Source: Planctomycetota bacterium (GTDB lineage: Bacteria; Planctomycetota; UBA8108; SXIK01). Taken from it: a stretch of DNA of 64,000 nucleotides. Position numbers and translations under genes: made by a program. The notes under the pieces are model-generated. The model was not told the origin of the DNA. It did not search any database and worked only from the letters and a program-made list of their open reading frames with translations. Below, piece by piece: positions 49,001 to 58,848 of the stretch. The first letter of the stretch is position 1. Every line of letters starts with the position of its first letter. The stretch spans positions 6,944,001 through 7,008,000 of the forward strand of contig CBDCXR010000004.1 of NCBI GenBank assembly GCA_965223845.1. Reading direction: 5' to 3'.

Positions 49001-50400
49001 TCGCGGACCGCGTTGTCGCGAGTTCGCCGGCCGGCGTGTATTCGCTGCGCGCGGGTGAGGACGGAGCCTGGGTCGCTCAGCGCTGGCTCGAGCGGCATCA
49101 CGCCGTCGACAAACGATGGAAGAGGCTCGGCGACAAAGAGGAGAAGCGGACGACGATTCAGTTCACCGCCGCCGGGGTGCGATCGATATCGGTAGCCGAG
49201 AAGTTCGGCACGATCGACGGCGAAGGGCTCTTTTACCCGGAGTGCCGATTCGTCTCCGGCGCGATCGTTCTCCTCGATCCGGACGGTTCGCTCTCGAAGA
49301 TCGAAGCCGGAAGCGGGCGTCTCGTTTACCAGCAGAGCGGTGGCTCGAACCGAGCCGCACGATTGCTCTCGGTGACCGACGAGCGAGCGGTCGCAGCGAG
49401 TGTGGATCCCCCGGGCGTCGTCCTGCACGATTTTCGATCGAACTCCGCCGATCTCATTCCCGCGGCGGCGACTCCGTGGCGCGGTGAGATCGTTCCGGGA
49501 CTCGCGATCGTTCTCGACACGCCGGCCGGTATCGAAGTTCGGCATCTGCCGCCGCGCTCGAGTCGCCGCGAACCGATGCAGCAGATCGCGCTCTGGCGAG
49601 ACGCGAAGCCGCGCGGTCGTCCGGCGCTCGTCTACGCGGACGCACGGCGCGTCGTCGCGACGGAGGGCGGGGACGAGATCGTGGCGCGAACGCTCCGGAG
49701 CGGACGCGTTATCTGGCGCGCGACGATTCCCGGGGGATGGATTCCGCGGTTCGCGCACGCGACGCCCGGGCGCGAGAGCTTGATCGCGATCGGCGCGGGC
49801 GGGAGCGGGGCGGCCGTTCCGTACGGTGTTCTGGCGGCGAGCCCCGATCAAGACGTCGCGGCGATCAAGATCGATCTCGCGAGCGGCGAGATCGCGTGGA
49901 CGACGTCACTCGTGGCCGGACCGGCGGCGATCGGAGAGGCGCGCTACGACGCCGGCGGTCGACTCGCCCTCGCGGTGGCGGCGAAGTCGTCGACGTGGGT
50001 GCTGCGGCTCATCCGGCTCGATCTCGAGCTCGGTGCGGTGAGCACGGTGTTCGAGCACGCGACGAAGGAAAGCGGCGCGAACTGTCCGCCGCCGCGTCTC
50101 GCCGCGACTCGAGGCGGAATCGCGATCGGAGCCGGCGAGAGTTGGGCGTGGTTCTCCCCGCGAGAAGTGCCCGAGGCGCTTCTCAAGGAGGCCGAGGAAC
50201 CTCTCCCCGAGACGACTGCCGAAGCGAAACCGGCCGCCGCCGAGGGGGCGGCGCCGCCCGAATCACCGGCGGATGTGCGCGAGGCCGAGGGCGCCGCGGA
50301 ACCCGCGCCGTCGACGCGAGCCCGCGCCGCGGCGAGGCGCGCACGCGCGGTTCGTCGTCCGGCGGTTCGACTCGTACCCCCGCAACCGGCCGACGAATAG
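46075..50400 (+). CDS. Large secreted PQQ-like beta-propeller repeat protein with TPR-like middle
   Basis: Signal peptide; repeated A.D.ETG..RW motifs (ALERETGTVRW, AESGQLLW, AIDVETGELRW, LASGEIAW); start moved to ATG 46075. Confidence 0.8.
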   Translation: MSRQKNRGRTCVRWMAVFGGLVWSGSGAVSFLAAQEEAPSIPESPAPAVISPAAASESETAAPVAAPRPEQLGYTDLVADVASDQAIAAALSRLESSTGEGEREAAIRALAEALKRVETAPAGAEVAGEEGEGEPSHDELRAAVVSADAVLFRGLPQRIAPALSKFEERDRAAWSSALEANGIRAAAYAPSPRAAGSLPSSEGELFAVHGGYAHAAIATDPGALGGYTKWIHTFEKQRELTSSQEANRGFYRFLQPQIVTRGELVFVRAHQDVFALERETGTVRWHVPSDRPENRQSHHSSAGFKSFRYFTDIGGWALTLLPGEPDQLIVLDSSGRPSRSGGSFHYKHQSRLRSYEAESGQLLWELGDGTGDDALTGFTFAAPPTPVLAAGDGADARLVLVAPVVTPRGYFVAGLSPEGKRLWLKKLYGYSEEKSAADAIYNSGIAHGASLAASGDTFVGAPGHGVVFAMRASGELLWMRRYSSSVRRRNEDPRWAPGHPIIVRDTAIVAPFDSEVLLAIDVETGELRWEEANASYSLLLGAGGDLCYTLDLTGQVLARSLASGQIAWTSSALGAPAGRGWVTSDRLYVSLESELVVLDAATGGVLDRGRIWDASIPKPIPGNVFASRGELYCAAPWGIARLEAFADTLARINAFPRAQRPVVRGRLLRRSGDYEGAIAALRRAFDVAREDQAKRELRTELLDLAREAVATTKNAAIARGILADPRLALRPRERSAFLLRMAASLASSSPSAVAPLFRRIIADAEHGTLVDSPSGVLVDAEIYASTGLRDLLQSGKIPPDPDEEEQTRRRVAASVDAGDEKRLADVVLRRAHVIASSSAHVALAVRAAERGEWRTAIELLDRLAADVPALGESSAIADRIALWRNKVPEEIGRLSTDASFDVPWHRHFDESRRPGVLVHGVGAQSAVFVLAGGRIRSYREDGATAADSQLAGWPDLSQVRPKLKSRVLEPAFVREFADRVVASSPAGVYSLRAGEDGAWVAQRWLERHHAVDKRWKRLGDKEEKRTTIQFTAAGVRSISVAEKFGTIDGEGLFYPECRFVSGAIVLLDPDGSLSKIEAGSGRLVYQQSGGSNRAARLLSVTDERAVAASVDPPGVVLHDFRSNSADLIPAAATPWRGEIVPGLAIVLDTPAGIEVRHLPPRSSRREPMQQIALWRDAKPRGRPALVYADARRVVATEGGDEIVARTLRSGRVIWRATIPGGWIPRFAHATPGRESLIAIGAGGSGAAVPYGVLAASPDQDVAAIKIDLASGEIAWTTSLVAGPAAIGEARYDAGGRLALAVAAKSSTWVLRLIRLDLELGAVSTVFEHATKESGANCPPPRLAATRGGIAIGAGESWAWFSPREVPEALLKEAEEPLPETTAEAKPAAAEGAAPPESPADVREAEGAAEPAPSTRARAAARRARAVRRPAVRLVPPQPADE

Positions 50401-50443
50401 CTCGCCCGCCGAGCGATTCGATCGTTCCCGCGCGCGCCGCGGG

Positions 50444-52051
50444 TCAGCTCTTCTCCGCGTTTGGAGTCGTGCGCTTTTCCGCCTCCAGCTTGGCCTCGGC
50501 CGCTTTCTTCGCGGCCTCCTCGGCGAGCCTTCGCTTTCGCTCCTCCTCGCGCCGTTTGCGTCGTTCGGCGTCCGGTGCGATCTCCGCTCTCGAGCCGGGC
50601 CGCGCGTCCGCGTGAGAGCTCCCCTTCGCCATCGGGTGGTTGATCTGAGGTAGGAAGCGTCGATGCGCCTCGACGATGCTCGCGAGCTCGGGGTCGCCGA
50701 CTCGGTTTTTGAACTCGTTTCGATCGCTCCGGTGGTCGTAGAGCTCCTCCGACCCGTCCGCGTAAACGATGTACCGCCAGTCGTCGGTGCGGATGCTGTG
50801 ATTGTGTTGGCCGAAGGTCGTGAGCGCGGCGTACGGCCACGCGACGCTCGGATCTCGGAGCAGCGGGGCGAGACTGTTCCCTTCGAGACCCGTCACCGGA
50901 GGGAGACCGCAGAGCTCGACGAGCGTCGGGTAGAGATCGATGAGGCCGACCGGACGCGAGCAGCGCGTTCCCGCCGAGAATCCAGGGGCGCTGATCATGA
51001 GGACGACCTTCGTCGAGGCTTCCCAGAGCGAGCGTTTTCCCCAGCGCTCTTTCGTGCCGAGATGGAATCCGTGATCGCTCCAGACGACGACGATCGTATT
51101 GTCGCGCTGGCCGCTCGCGTCGAGCGCATCGAGCACGACGCCGACCTGCGCGTCGACGAAGCTCACGCACGCGAGATACGACTGGACTGCGTGTCGCCAC
51201 TCGTCGTGCTCGACGATCCACCGATGCCGCGGCGCGACCGCGCTCCATGAGAGATCTTGCCCGTACTCAGGCACGTCGGCGAGATCGTCCTCGAGGTGGT
51301 CGGGAAGCTCGACCGATTCGATCGGGTAGAGGTCGAACCACTTCTTCGGCGCGTACATCGGAACGTGCGGGCGGTAGAACCCGCAGCCGAGAAAGAACGG
51401 CCCGTCAGCGCTCTTCAGCTTCGCCGCCGCCCACTGCGCGATCTTCGCGTCGGGCATGTCTTCGTCGCGATCGGGGAACACGCCCCAATCCCAGAGCGGA
51501 TGAGTGTGACCCGCGACGAGGGGCTTCGGCGGACGCGGGCCGAACGCGCCGAAGGTCCCGCCGTATTCGCCGAATTCACGCCGATCGCCTCCGTGGAAGA
51601 TCTTTCCGACGCCCCAGGAGGCGTAGCCGTTCCGCGCGAAATGCTGCGGCAGCGTGACGGCGCGCTTCGTCGCTTCCCACGCGCGGACGCCCGGGCTGAG
51701 GTAGTAGACGCCGGTTGAGGAGGGCAGCTTGCCGACGAGGAGGCTCAACCGCGAAGGGTTGCAGATCGGCGCCTGACAGTGCGCGTTCGTGAAGGTGACG
51801 CTCTGCGCGGCGAGACGATCGAGGTGCGGCGTCTTCACCTGCGGGTGGCCGCCCAGAGGGCCGATCCAATCGTTGAGGTCGTCGATCGCGATGAATAAGA
51901 CGCTGTACGGTCGGCCGTTCGGCGCGAGCTTGGCCTCGCCGGCACTGAGCGACGGGGGGGCACCGAGGCCCGTGAGCGACGCTAAGACTACGACGAGGGC
52001 GAAGTTGGTGGGGATCGACGGGCGTAGCATGGCGCTTTCAGATCGAGTCAT
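50444..52051 (-). CDS. Formylglycine-dependent sulfatase (iduronate-2-sulfatase-like)
   Basis: VLFIAIDDLND, CNPSR (CxPxR), GKIFH, FYRPHVP, WSDHG. Confidence 0.92.
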   Translation of the reverse strand: MTRSESAMLRPSIPTNFALVVVLASLTGLGAPPSLSAGEAKLAPNGRPYSVLFIAIDDLNDWIGPLGGHPQVKTPHLDRLAAQSVTFTNAHCQAPICNPSRLSLLVGKLPSSTGVYYLSPGVRAWEATKRAVTLPQHFARNGYASWGVGKIFHGGDRREFGEYGGTFGAFGPRPPKPLVAGHTHPLWDWGVFPDRDEDMPDAKIAQWAAAKLKSADGPFFLGCGFYRPHVPMYAPKKWFDLYPIESVELPDHLEDDLADVPEYGQDLSWSAVAPRHRWIVEHDEWRHAVQSYLACVSFVDAQVGVVLDALDASGQRDNTIVVVWSDHGFHLGTKERWGKRSLWEASTKVVLMISAPGFSAGTRCSRPVGLIDLYPTLVELCGLPPVTGLEGNSLAPLLRDPSVAWPYAALTTFGQHNHSIRTDDWRYIVYADGSEELYDHRSDRNEFKNRVGDPELASIVEAHRRFLPQINHPMAKGSSHADARPGSRAEIAPDAERRKRREEERKRRLAEEAAKKAAEAKLEAEKRTTPNAEKS

Positions 52052-52141
52052 TCGAAGGGCAGATTCAGACGACGCGACCGATGGTCGACGCGCGAGGCGT
52101 GCGTTGCCAGTCGAATCCGGGGCGAGTTGAGTCGCGTCGGC

Positions 52142-53443
52142 TCACTCCTTCCGGCGAGCGAGGACCGTTCGCTCGTACTCGCGAACGGCGTCGAGCCAAG
52201 CGCGATCGTCCGGAACGCCCCGGCGCTCGCAGTACTCGTCCCAAACGGCTCCGAGCGGCATGGTTTTCATCGTCTCGAGCACGGCGAGGCGCGAAGTGTA
52301 GTCTCCTTCGGCTTCGAATCGGCGCAGCTCTTCGGTCGGCTCGAGAAACGACGCCAGGAGCGCCTTGAGGAGCGCTCGCGCGCCGATGACCCACGCGGCG
52401 ACGCGCTGGATGCTCGCGTCGAAGAAATCGAGACCGATGTGGACTCGATCCAAGAACTCGCCCCGCACGAGCTCTTGTGCGATGGCGTGGAGCTCGTCCG
52501 TGAGCGTGACTACGTGGTCGCTGTCCCATCGGACTCCGCGACTCACGTGAAGAAGAAGCCCGTCGAGCCAGAGGAGCACGGCCGAGAGCTTATCGGAGAT
52601 CACCTCCGTCGGATGAAAGTGCCCCGCGTCGAGACAGAGGAGCTTCCCGCGCGTGATCGCGTAGCCGAGGTAAAACTCGTGGGATCCCGCCACGTAGCTC
52701 TCCGAGCCGAGGCCGAAGAGTTTGCATTCGACGGCATCGACGTTGTGAGCCGGGTCGATGGGCGGTGCGAAGATCTCGTCGAGCGACGCGGCGAGTCGTT
52801 CGCGGGGGGCCTTTCGATCGGCGGGCGTGTCTTTGTACCCGTCGGGGATCCAGACGTTGGTGACGCAGGGAGAGTCCGTCGCCTCGCCCATCGCGGCGCC
52901 GATCCGGCGGCACGCGATGCCGTGATCGATCCAGAAGCGCCGGATCCCCGCGTCCGCGTGCGCGAGCGTGAATCCGTCGACGGCGTGCGCGTGCGCGAAG
53001 AATGTCGGATTGAAATCGAGGCCGAGGCTCTGCGCCCGCGCCCAGTCGATCCAGCGGGCGAAGTGCTCCGGCGCGAGCGCGTCGCGGTCGACCGCGTGCG
53101 GCGCCTCCGCGTAGATCGCGTGCAGGTTCACGCGATGCCGTCCGGGAATGAGCGAGAGCGCGAGCTCGAGATCGTCGCGGAGCTCATCGCCGTTCCGAGC
53201 TCGGCCGGGGTACGCGCCCGTGATCGCGAGTCCGCCACCGAGCTCCGCGTCGGTCCGTTCGAACCCGCGGATATCGTCTCCCTGCCAGCAGTGAAGCGAG
53301 AGCGCGACGCCCGAGAGACGCCCGAGCGCCGCTTCGGCGTCGACGCCGAGCGTCGAGTAGAGCTCACGGGCGGCAGAATAGGTGTGCGGGGAGGCCATCG
53401 ATCGATTCCGAACTGAGGTTTCGGTCAGATTGTCGTGTGCCAT
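52142..53443 (-). CDS. rhaA: L-rhamnose isomerase
   Basis: [61 protein letters not shown]; alternative start 53398. Confidence 0.95.
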   Translation of the reverse strand: MAHDNLTETSVRNRSMASPHTYSAARELYSTLGVDAEAALGRLSGVALSLHCWQGDDIRGFERTDAELGGGLAITGAYPGRARNGDELRDDLELALSLIPGRHRVNLHAIYAEAPHAVDRDALAPEHFARWIDWARAQSLGLDFNPTFFAHAHAVDGFTLAHADAGIRRFWIDHGIACRRIGAAMGEATDSPCVTNVWIPDGYKDTPADRKAPRERLAASLDEIFAPPIDPAHNVDAVECKLFGLGSESYVAGSHEFYLGYAITRGKLLCLDAGHFHPTEVISDKLSAVLLWLDGLLLHVSRGVRWDSDHVVTLTDELHAIAQELVRGEFLDRVHIGLDFFDASIQRVAAWVIGARALLKALLASFLEPTEELRRFEAEGDYTSRLAVLETMKTMPLGAVWDEYCERRGVPDDRAWLDAVREYERTVLARRKE

Positions 53444-53567
53444 CGCTCGAGTCAACCGTTCCGCACGTCTCGGCGGCGTCATCGTGCACGGACTCTTCGC
53501 CCGATCGCATTCCGGTGGTATCGTCGACGAGTCTCGGAACGAGCGCGACGAGGAACTGAACGCGACG

Positions 53568-54086
53568 ATGCGCAATCTCGAAATCAAGTGTCCGCTGCCG
53601 AATCGTGCCGAGACCGAAGCGCGACTGGCGCGTCTCGGCGCGCGCCGGATCTGGGAGCGGCGGCAGAAGGACACGTTCTACACGGCATCACGAAACTGGC
53701 TCAAGCTGCGGGAAGCGGAAGGTGAGCGTGCCGAGTTGATCTCGTACGGTCGAACGGGACCGGCAGACGGAGCTCGAACGAGCGACTACGACGTTCTCTC
53801 GATCGAGGACGCGGCAGCGTGGCATCGCCTGCTCGGCCGCGTCCTCGACGTGGATCTAGTCGTCGCGAAGACAAGAACCCTCTGGCGGTGGGAGGACACG
53901 CGCATCCATCTCGATCGCGTCGACGGACTGGGCGAGTTTCTCGAGCTCGAGACGGTGGTGGGGGACCGCCCGCTCGACCGCGCACGCGCGGAGACGGAGA
54001 CCGTGATCTGCACTCTCGGGCTTGCCCCGGAGACGTTTATCTCCGTCCGCTATCGCGACTTGCTCGCGGGTGACCGCGACCGCTGA
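53568..54086 (+). CDS. CYTH domain protein (class IV adenylate cyclase-like)
   Basis: [37 protein letters not shown]. Confidence 0.9.
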   Translation: MRNLEIKCPLPNRAETEARLARLGARRIWERRQKDTFYTASRNWLKLREAEGERAELISYGRTGPADGARTSDYDVLSIEDAAAWHRLLGRVLDVDLVVAKTRTLWRWEDTRIHLDRVDGLGEFLELETVVGDRPLDRARAETETVICTLGLAPETFISVRYRDLLAGDRDR

Positions 54087-54324
54087 CGCGCGCTCGCTCG
54101 TTGGTTCCGCTCCCACCGCGAAATCATACGCACCCGAACGGTAGGCAAACGAAGCGTTCCGGGCGGAATGCGCGACCGACGCGTCGTGCGGCAGAACCGG
54201 CGGAGCACGCGCGCCGACTCTGGTGCGCGTCCTGTTTGGCCCCGGATCGACGAGTGGTACCATAGAGTCCGGTCGGATCGGGTCTCCTTCCGCAGTGTCT
54301 ACTCTGAGCGAACGAGGTGTGGCG

Positions 54325-56157
54325 ATGTCTCGTCTCGGCGAGCGGCGAGCGGCGTGGGTTCTGTCGGCGTTCTTCGCCGTTACGTGCTTACCGGCGGGCG
54401 GTTTTGGCCAGGAGGTTACCCCGGCGTCGCTGCGCGCTCTGCTCGAGCGACGCGTCGGCGATCTCGAGCTCTTGCGAGTTCCCCTCCGGGATGAGGACCT
54501 GCCGCAGCCGCTTCTTGCGGACGGCTCGGGTCTAGATCCTCGCTTCGCGATCACACCGGCGAAGGTACGTCTCGGAAAGTTTCTCTTTCACGATCCGATT
54601 CGGTCTACGGACATCGTGATCGACGACGGCGGCCGCGAGGATTTTCGTCAGTCGGCCTCGTGCGCGTCCTGCCATCTCGCGCCGGCCGCGAGCAAGGCCG
54701 GTCAAGTGTTCAACTTCGGTGTCGGCGGTGAGGGGCGGCTCGAGATGGACGCCTCGGGCGGCATGATCGTCGAGCGCCACCAGGAGCCGACCGCGGTCGA
54801 CGCCGTGCCGACGGGAGTGGTCGTCCGCGACGATGAGGGAAACGTCGTCCTCGACGGCGGGAAGGATGCGGTCGACTCGGTACCGCGTGTCGCCCCGACG
54901 GTGATCGGAGCGGCGTACAACGTGCGCCTTCTCTGGGACGGTGCCGCCGGCGAAGAGAACGAGGGGATCAATCCCGACGAGCTTCCCGCTGCCGAGAGCA
55001 TCGTTCAGCTAGCGTCGATGAATCACCGCATGTTCGTCGATCAGCACCTTCCTCTTCAGGCGCTTCCCGTGTATCGCGAGCTCTTCGCGCGGGCGTTTCC
55101 GGATGAGTTCGCCGAGTTCGAAGCGAGTGGAGATCCGAACGACTACATCAACGCGGATACGATTCAGCGAGCGATCGCCGCGTTCCTTCGGACGGTGATC
55201 ACGCGCGACACGCCGTGGGACCACTTCCTTCGCGGCGATGACTCCGCGATGACTTCCCGACAGCTCCGTGGTGCTTATCTCTTCGCACTGCCGGCCGCCG
55301 AGGGCGGAGCCGATTGTCTCGCCTGCCACAGCGGCCCCGCACTCAACAAGATCGTCGGCGACGAGGCGGGTGTTCTCGTCGAGGAGAACTTCTTCAACCT
55401 CGGGCTAAACGATCATCCGCTTCAAGATCAGGTGCGCGAGGTTCTCGACGATCCGAGCCACCGCGACCGCGGCCGCGAGGCAGTGACCGGTCTCTCCGAA
55501 GACGCGTTCGAGTTTCGCACGACGACGCTGCGTCAGCTCCGCGATGCGGGCCCGTTCATGCACAGCGGCGAGCTCGCCACCGTCCGGGAGGTTGTCGAAT
55601 ACTTCAATGACGGCGTCGCGGCCGATCCGGAGGCCGGATCCGCGGAGAGTTTGAGCTCGCTCTTCACCCATCCCCGTGGCGACGGCGCGCTAGGGCTCGG
55701 CCTGCAGTCGACGCAGATCGACGCCCTCGTCGACTTCCTCGAGAACGCGCTCTACGATCCCGCGTTCGTGAGCGATACGCCGGGCTCGCCGACGAAGCCG
55801 TTCGATCCTTCCGCCCGCGAGCTCGACTACGAGCCGGAGCTCGAGGCGCTCGGGGCGATCGATGGTTGGCTCCCGAGTCGCATGTCGTACGGCAACGATG
55901 ATCCCTTGTCGCGCAGCCAGATGCTCTTCGTGCGCGGCCGCGTCAACGACGACGATTCCGTCGACATCGCCGATGCGATTTACCTCCTCGACTACTTGTT
56001 CGCCGCGCGCGCCGCACCGGTGAACATGTTCGCGGCGGACGTCAACCACGACTTTCGAATCGACCTCGCCGACCCGATCTACCTCTTGAACACGCTCTTC
56101 GGTCGGGGACCGCCGCCGCCGGCGCCGTATCCGGAGCTCGGTCAACTCTTTCTCTAG
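54325..56157 (+). CDS. Di-heme cytochrome c peroxidase/MauG-family protein with C-terminal dockerin-like domain
   Basis: LGKFLFHDP, CASCH, LLWDG, IAAFLRT, CLACH, FRTTTLR...PFMHSG; FVRGRVNDDDSVDIADAIYLL...ADVNHD. Confidence 0.85.
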   Translation: MSRLGERRAAWVLSAFFAVTCLPAGGFGQEVTPASLRALLERRVGDLELLRVPLRDEDLPQPLLADGSGLDPRFAITPAKVRLGKFLFHDPIRSTDIVIDDGGREDFRQSASCASCHLAPAASKAGQVFNFGVGGEGRLEMDASGGMIVERHQEPTAVDAVPTGVVVRDDEGNVVLDGGKDAVDSVPRVAPTVIGAAYNVRLLWDGAAGEENEGINPDELPAAESIVQLASMNHRMFVDQHLPLQALPVYRELFARAFPDEFAEFEASGDPNDYINADTIQRAIAAFLRTVITRDTPWDHFLRGDDSAMTSRQLRGAYLFALPAAEGGADCLACHSGPALNKIVGDEAGVLVEENFFNLGLNDHPLQDQVREVLDDPSHRDRGREAVTGLSEDAFEFRTTTLRQLRDAGPFMHSGELATVREVVEYFNDGVAADPEAGSAESLSSLFTHPRGDGALGLGLQSTQIDALVDFLENALYDPAFVSDTPGSPTKPFDPSARELDYEPELEALGAIDGWLPSRMSYGNDDPLSRSQMLFVRGRVNDDDSVDIADAIYLLDYLFAARAAPVNMFAADVNHDFRIDLADPIYLLNTLFGRGPPPPAPYPELGQLFL

Positions 56158-56163
56158 GTAGCG

Positions 56164-56856
56164 ATGTCGGGTCTCTCGAATTCGATCTCGACATCGCGAG
56201 CGCCGGTGTCGAGGTTGAATCCCACCGTGTCGTGCGCCATCCTCGTGCGCGTGAAGCCACTCCGTTCGACACGCGCGTTTGTCCTCGCCGCGCATTTCCT
56301 ATTCGCGGGACTCGCCGTTCCATCTCGCGCCCACGCTCTCTCGGCGGACGGCGAGATCGACGGCTGCACGTACCGGTTGATGGTCCCCGACTGGATGCCG
56401 CGCGGTGAACCGGTCAGTGTCCTGATCGTCGTTCGGAATACTTCGGAAGAGCTCGCCTCGCTCACCGCGCGCGTCGAGCTTTCGCCGGAGTGGTGGAGCG
56501 AGCCCGAAGACGGCCGCGCTGCGAGGCTCTCCCTCTCGCCCGGCGAAGTGAAGCGCTACGCGTTTCGTGGGATACGGAGCTCGATCGAGGCGCCCGCCGG
56601 GGATCACTTGTTCCGCATCCGCCTCCACGGCGGCGAAAGCGAGACCGAGGTCGAGCACTCCGCGCGCGTGCAGCTCATTCGCGGATCGGCTGTCGAGCGC
56701 GGCTGGTGGTCGATTCTCGTCCCAGCGGCGATCGCGGTGCTCTCGTTGCCGGTCTTTCTGCTCGTGCTTCGGCGGGAAGCGAAGCCCGGTGCTTGGAAGA
56801 GGCCGGTCGATGCCGAGATCGAGGCGGCGGAGGATCGCTGGTGGACGGCGGAGTAA
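56164..56856 (+). CDS. Hypothetical exported beta-rich protein with C-terminal membrane anchor
   Basis: Signal-like segment ending AHA, Ig-like body, TM WWSILVPAAIAVLSLPVFLLVL; start uncertain. Confidence 0.6.
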   Translation: MSGLSNSISTSRAPVSRLNPTVSCAILVRVKPLRSTRAFVLAAHFLFAGLAVPSRAHALSADGEIDGCTYRLMVPDWMPRGEPVSVLIVVRNTSEELASLTARVELSPEWWSEPEDGRAARLSLSPGEVKRYAFRGIRSSIEAPAGDHLFRIRLHGGESETEVEHSARVQLIRGSAVERGWWSILVPAAIAVLSLPVFLLVLRREAKPGAWKRPVDAEIEAAEDRWWTAE

Positions 56857-58109
56857 GTCCCTGGAGTCTTTCGGGGCGGAGCCCGCGCGGGTCAGCGGTT
56901 CTGCGGATCGGCGCGGCCGCGCTCGTTGCGTCGTTCTACATCGGAACGGCGGACATCGTCATCGCGACGAATATGGGCGCGAGATTTGGCTTCGATCTGT
57001 GGTGGACGTACTTCTTCCTTGGAGTTGCCGGCTGGGCGCTCATGGATATGTCCGTCCGTTATTTTCTTCGCTTCGGTCGCACACCGGTCTCGCTCTTCAA
57101 GGAGCTCCACCCGGTCTTCTCGATCTATCTCTTCCTCACGATCGCAGTGACGACGGTCCTCGGTGCGTACTCGCAGTGGAATGCGTGCGCACACGTACTC
57201 GGGGGGCTCTTCCCGCAGCTGCCGGTCGAGCTCGGCGGCGTCGTCGCCTGCGGCGCTGCGGTCGGGCTCGTCGCGTGGGGCGTCTATCAGCGCATCGAGG
57301 TTCTCTTTGCCGCCGCACTGATCACTCTGATTGCGCTGTTCGCGTTCGCCGCGCTCGCGGCGGATGCGCCGTGGGGCGGAGCCTTGCGCGGTCTCGTTCC
57401 GCGCGGGCCTCCGAGCGAGGGGCGGACGGAGTGGTTCGGGCTCATTCAGAAGAACGCAGGAAGCCTCATCAATGCGTGGCTGATCCTCATCTATCCCTAC
57501 ACGATGATCGAGAAGGGATGGTTTTCGCCCGAGCTGGCCGAAAAAGTGCGCATTCTCCGGCGCGCGCGAATCGACTACGCGATCGGGATCGTCGCCGCCG
57601 GCGTTGTCGCGCTCCCTCTTATGGCGGCCGCCGCTGCCGTCGCGCGCCCGTTCGGGATCGTGCCGTCGAACTACACGGAGTTCGCGGCGCTCCTCGAGCC
57701 GGTCGCAGGAAGCGCTGCGACGCAGGTCTTCCTCGTGGGACTCTTTCTCGCGGCGTGGACGGCCGGCATCGGCTGGATCGTGTGCGGAGCGTACGCGATG
57801 CTCGATCTCGGCAATCTTCCGCTTCGGATGCGTTCGCCCGCGTTTCGCCAGTACCTCGTCCTCTTCGGCGTCGCGTCCTCAGCGATCCTCGCCCTCCGCG
57901 TGAACCCGTTCTACGGGATTCAAATGTTCACGATCTTCCTTTCGATCGTGTTCCCCGTCGTCGCGCTCGTACTCGCGTGGCGCGTGAGTCGACGCGACAT
58001 GGAATACTTCCGCTGGTGGCCGCGGAACGTTCCCGGAGCCGTTCTGCTCCTCCTCGACCTCTTCGCCGTCGGCGTCAGCGTCTACGTGGGTTGGGGGCTG
58101 CTGTTCTGA
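56841..58109 (+). CDS. Nramp-like (APC fold) divalent cation transporter, divergent
   Basis: YIGTADI....GARFGFDLWW, YQRIE, multiple TMs; GTG start after GGAGGA overlapping the upstream gene. Confidence 0.75.
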   Translation: MDGGVSPWSLSGRSPRGSAVLRIGAAALVASFYIGTADIVIATNMGARFGFDLWWTYFFLGVAGWALMDMSVRYFLRFGRTPVSLFKELHPVFSIYLFLTIAVTTVLGAYSQWNACAHVLGGLFPQLPVELGGVVACGAAVGLVAWGVYQRIEVLFAAALITLIALFAFAALAADAPWGGALRGLVPRGPPSEGRTEWFGLIQKNAGSLINAWLILIYPYTMIEKGWFSPELAEKVRILRRARIDYAIGIVAAGVVALPLMAAAAAVARPFGIVPSNYTEFAALLEPVAGSAATQVFLVGLFLAAWTAGIGWIVCGAYAMLDLGNLPLRMRSPAFRQYLVLFGVASSAILALRVNPFYGIQMFTIFLSIVFPVVALVLAWRVSRRDMEYFRWWPRNVPGAVLLLLDLFAVGVSVYVGWGLLF

Positions 58110-58125
58110 TCGGCGGATTGGTGCG

Positions 58126-58710
58126 CTACTGGCGCGCTTCGACGTACTCCTTCGCTCTCGCCTCGTAGCCCGCGTTTCTAAGGCCGACGCGGTGCGCCTC
58201 GCCGAGCGCTTCTTCCCAGGGGACTCCGTCATCGAGGACGCGGTGGGCGAGCCACACGGCACCGACACGGTTCGACGACCCGCAATGGAGTAGCGTCCGT
58301 CCGTCGGTCGGAGTCTCGAGGAGCTCACGGACGCGGTCGAAGACGTCGTCCGTGAGTGTGTCGGGGGCACGAAACGGAACCGCGTGATACGCCACTCCGA
58401 TGGACTCGCACTTCGCTTTCTCGTCCCATGCGAGCTCGCCATCCGTCCGGAGCGTGATGACGGAGGTGCAGCCTTCCGCCTTCAAGGCGTCGAGATCGTC
58501 CGCCGAAGGCTGACCGGCGAGGTAGACGTTCCCCGCGAGGTGGAGCGGGCGGATCGTTCCAATCTCGCGCGCGACCGGGGTCCGATCGGACGCGGTCGCT
58601 TCTTCCGGTGCGTCTCGATCCACTCGCGAGCAGCAGCTGGCTACGAATGGCGTGAGACACACCATCATGAACGACGGTGCGAAGAGGGGGCGGCGTCGAT
58701 CTCGATTCAT
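58126..58710 (-). CDS. DUF442/TIGR01244-like phosphatase- or sulfurtransferase-fold protein, probably exported lipoprotein
   Basis: LAGQP, VITLR..GE, LLHCGSSNRVG; hydrophobic N-terminus with Cys. Confidence 0.8.
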   Translation of the reverse strand: MNRDRRRPLFAPSFMMVCLTPFVASCCSRVDRDAPEEATASDRTPVAREIGTIRPLHLAGNVYLAGQPSADDLDALKAEGCTSVITLRTDGELAWDEKAKCESIGVAYHAVPFRAPDTLTDDVFDRVRELLETPTDGRTLLHCGSSNRVGAVWLAHRVLDDGVPWEEALGEAHRVGLRNAGYEARAKEYVEARQ

Positions 58711-58848
58711 GGTGTCTCCGACAGCGGAATGGGAGCGTGGGGAAGCGCGTACGCAGCCAAGACATTACCGATTGACGCTCGTCGATGCGACCGGCCAGTC
58801 CACCCTGTCGGTCCGGCCTTGATCCTCCACGCCGCCCGATGATGCTCG

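Noticed and set aside
54130-54170. c-di-GMP-I riboswitch (GGCAAAC)
   Set aside because: No following GAAA-capped stem or GCAAAG second hairpin
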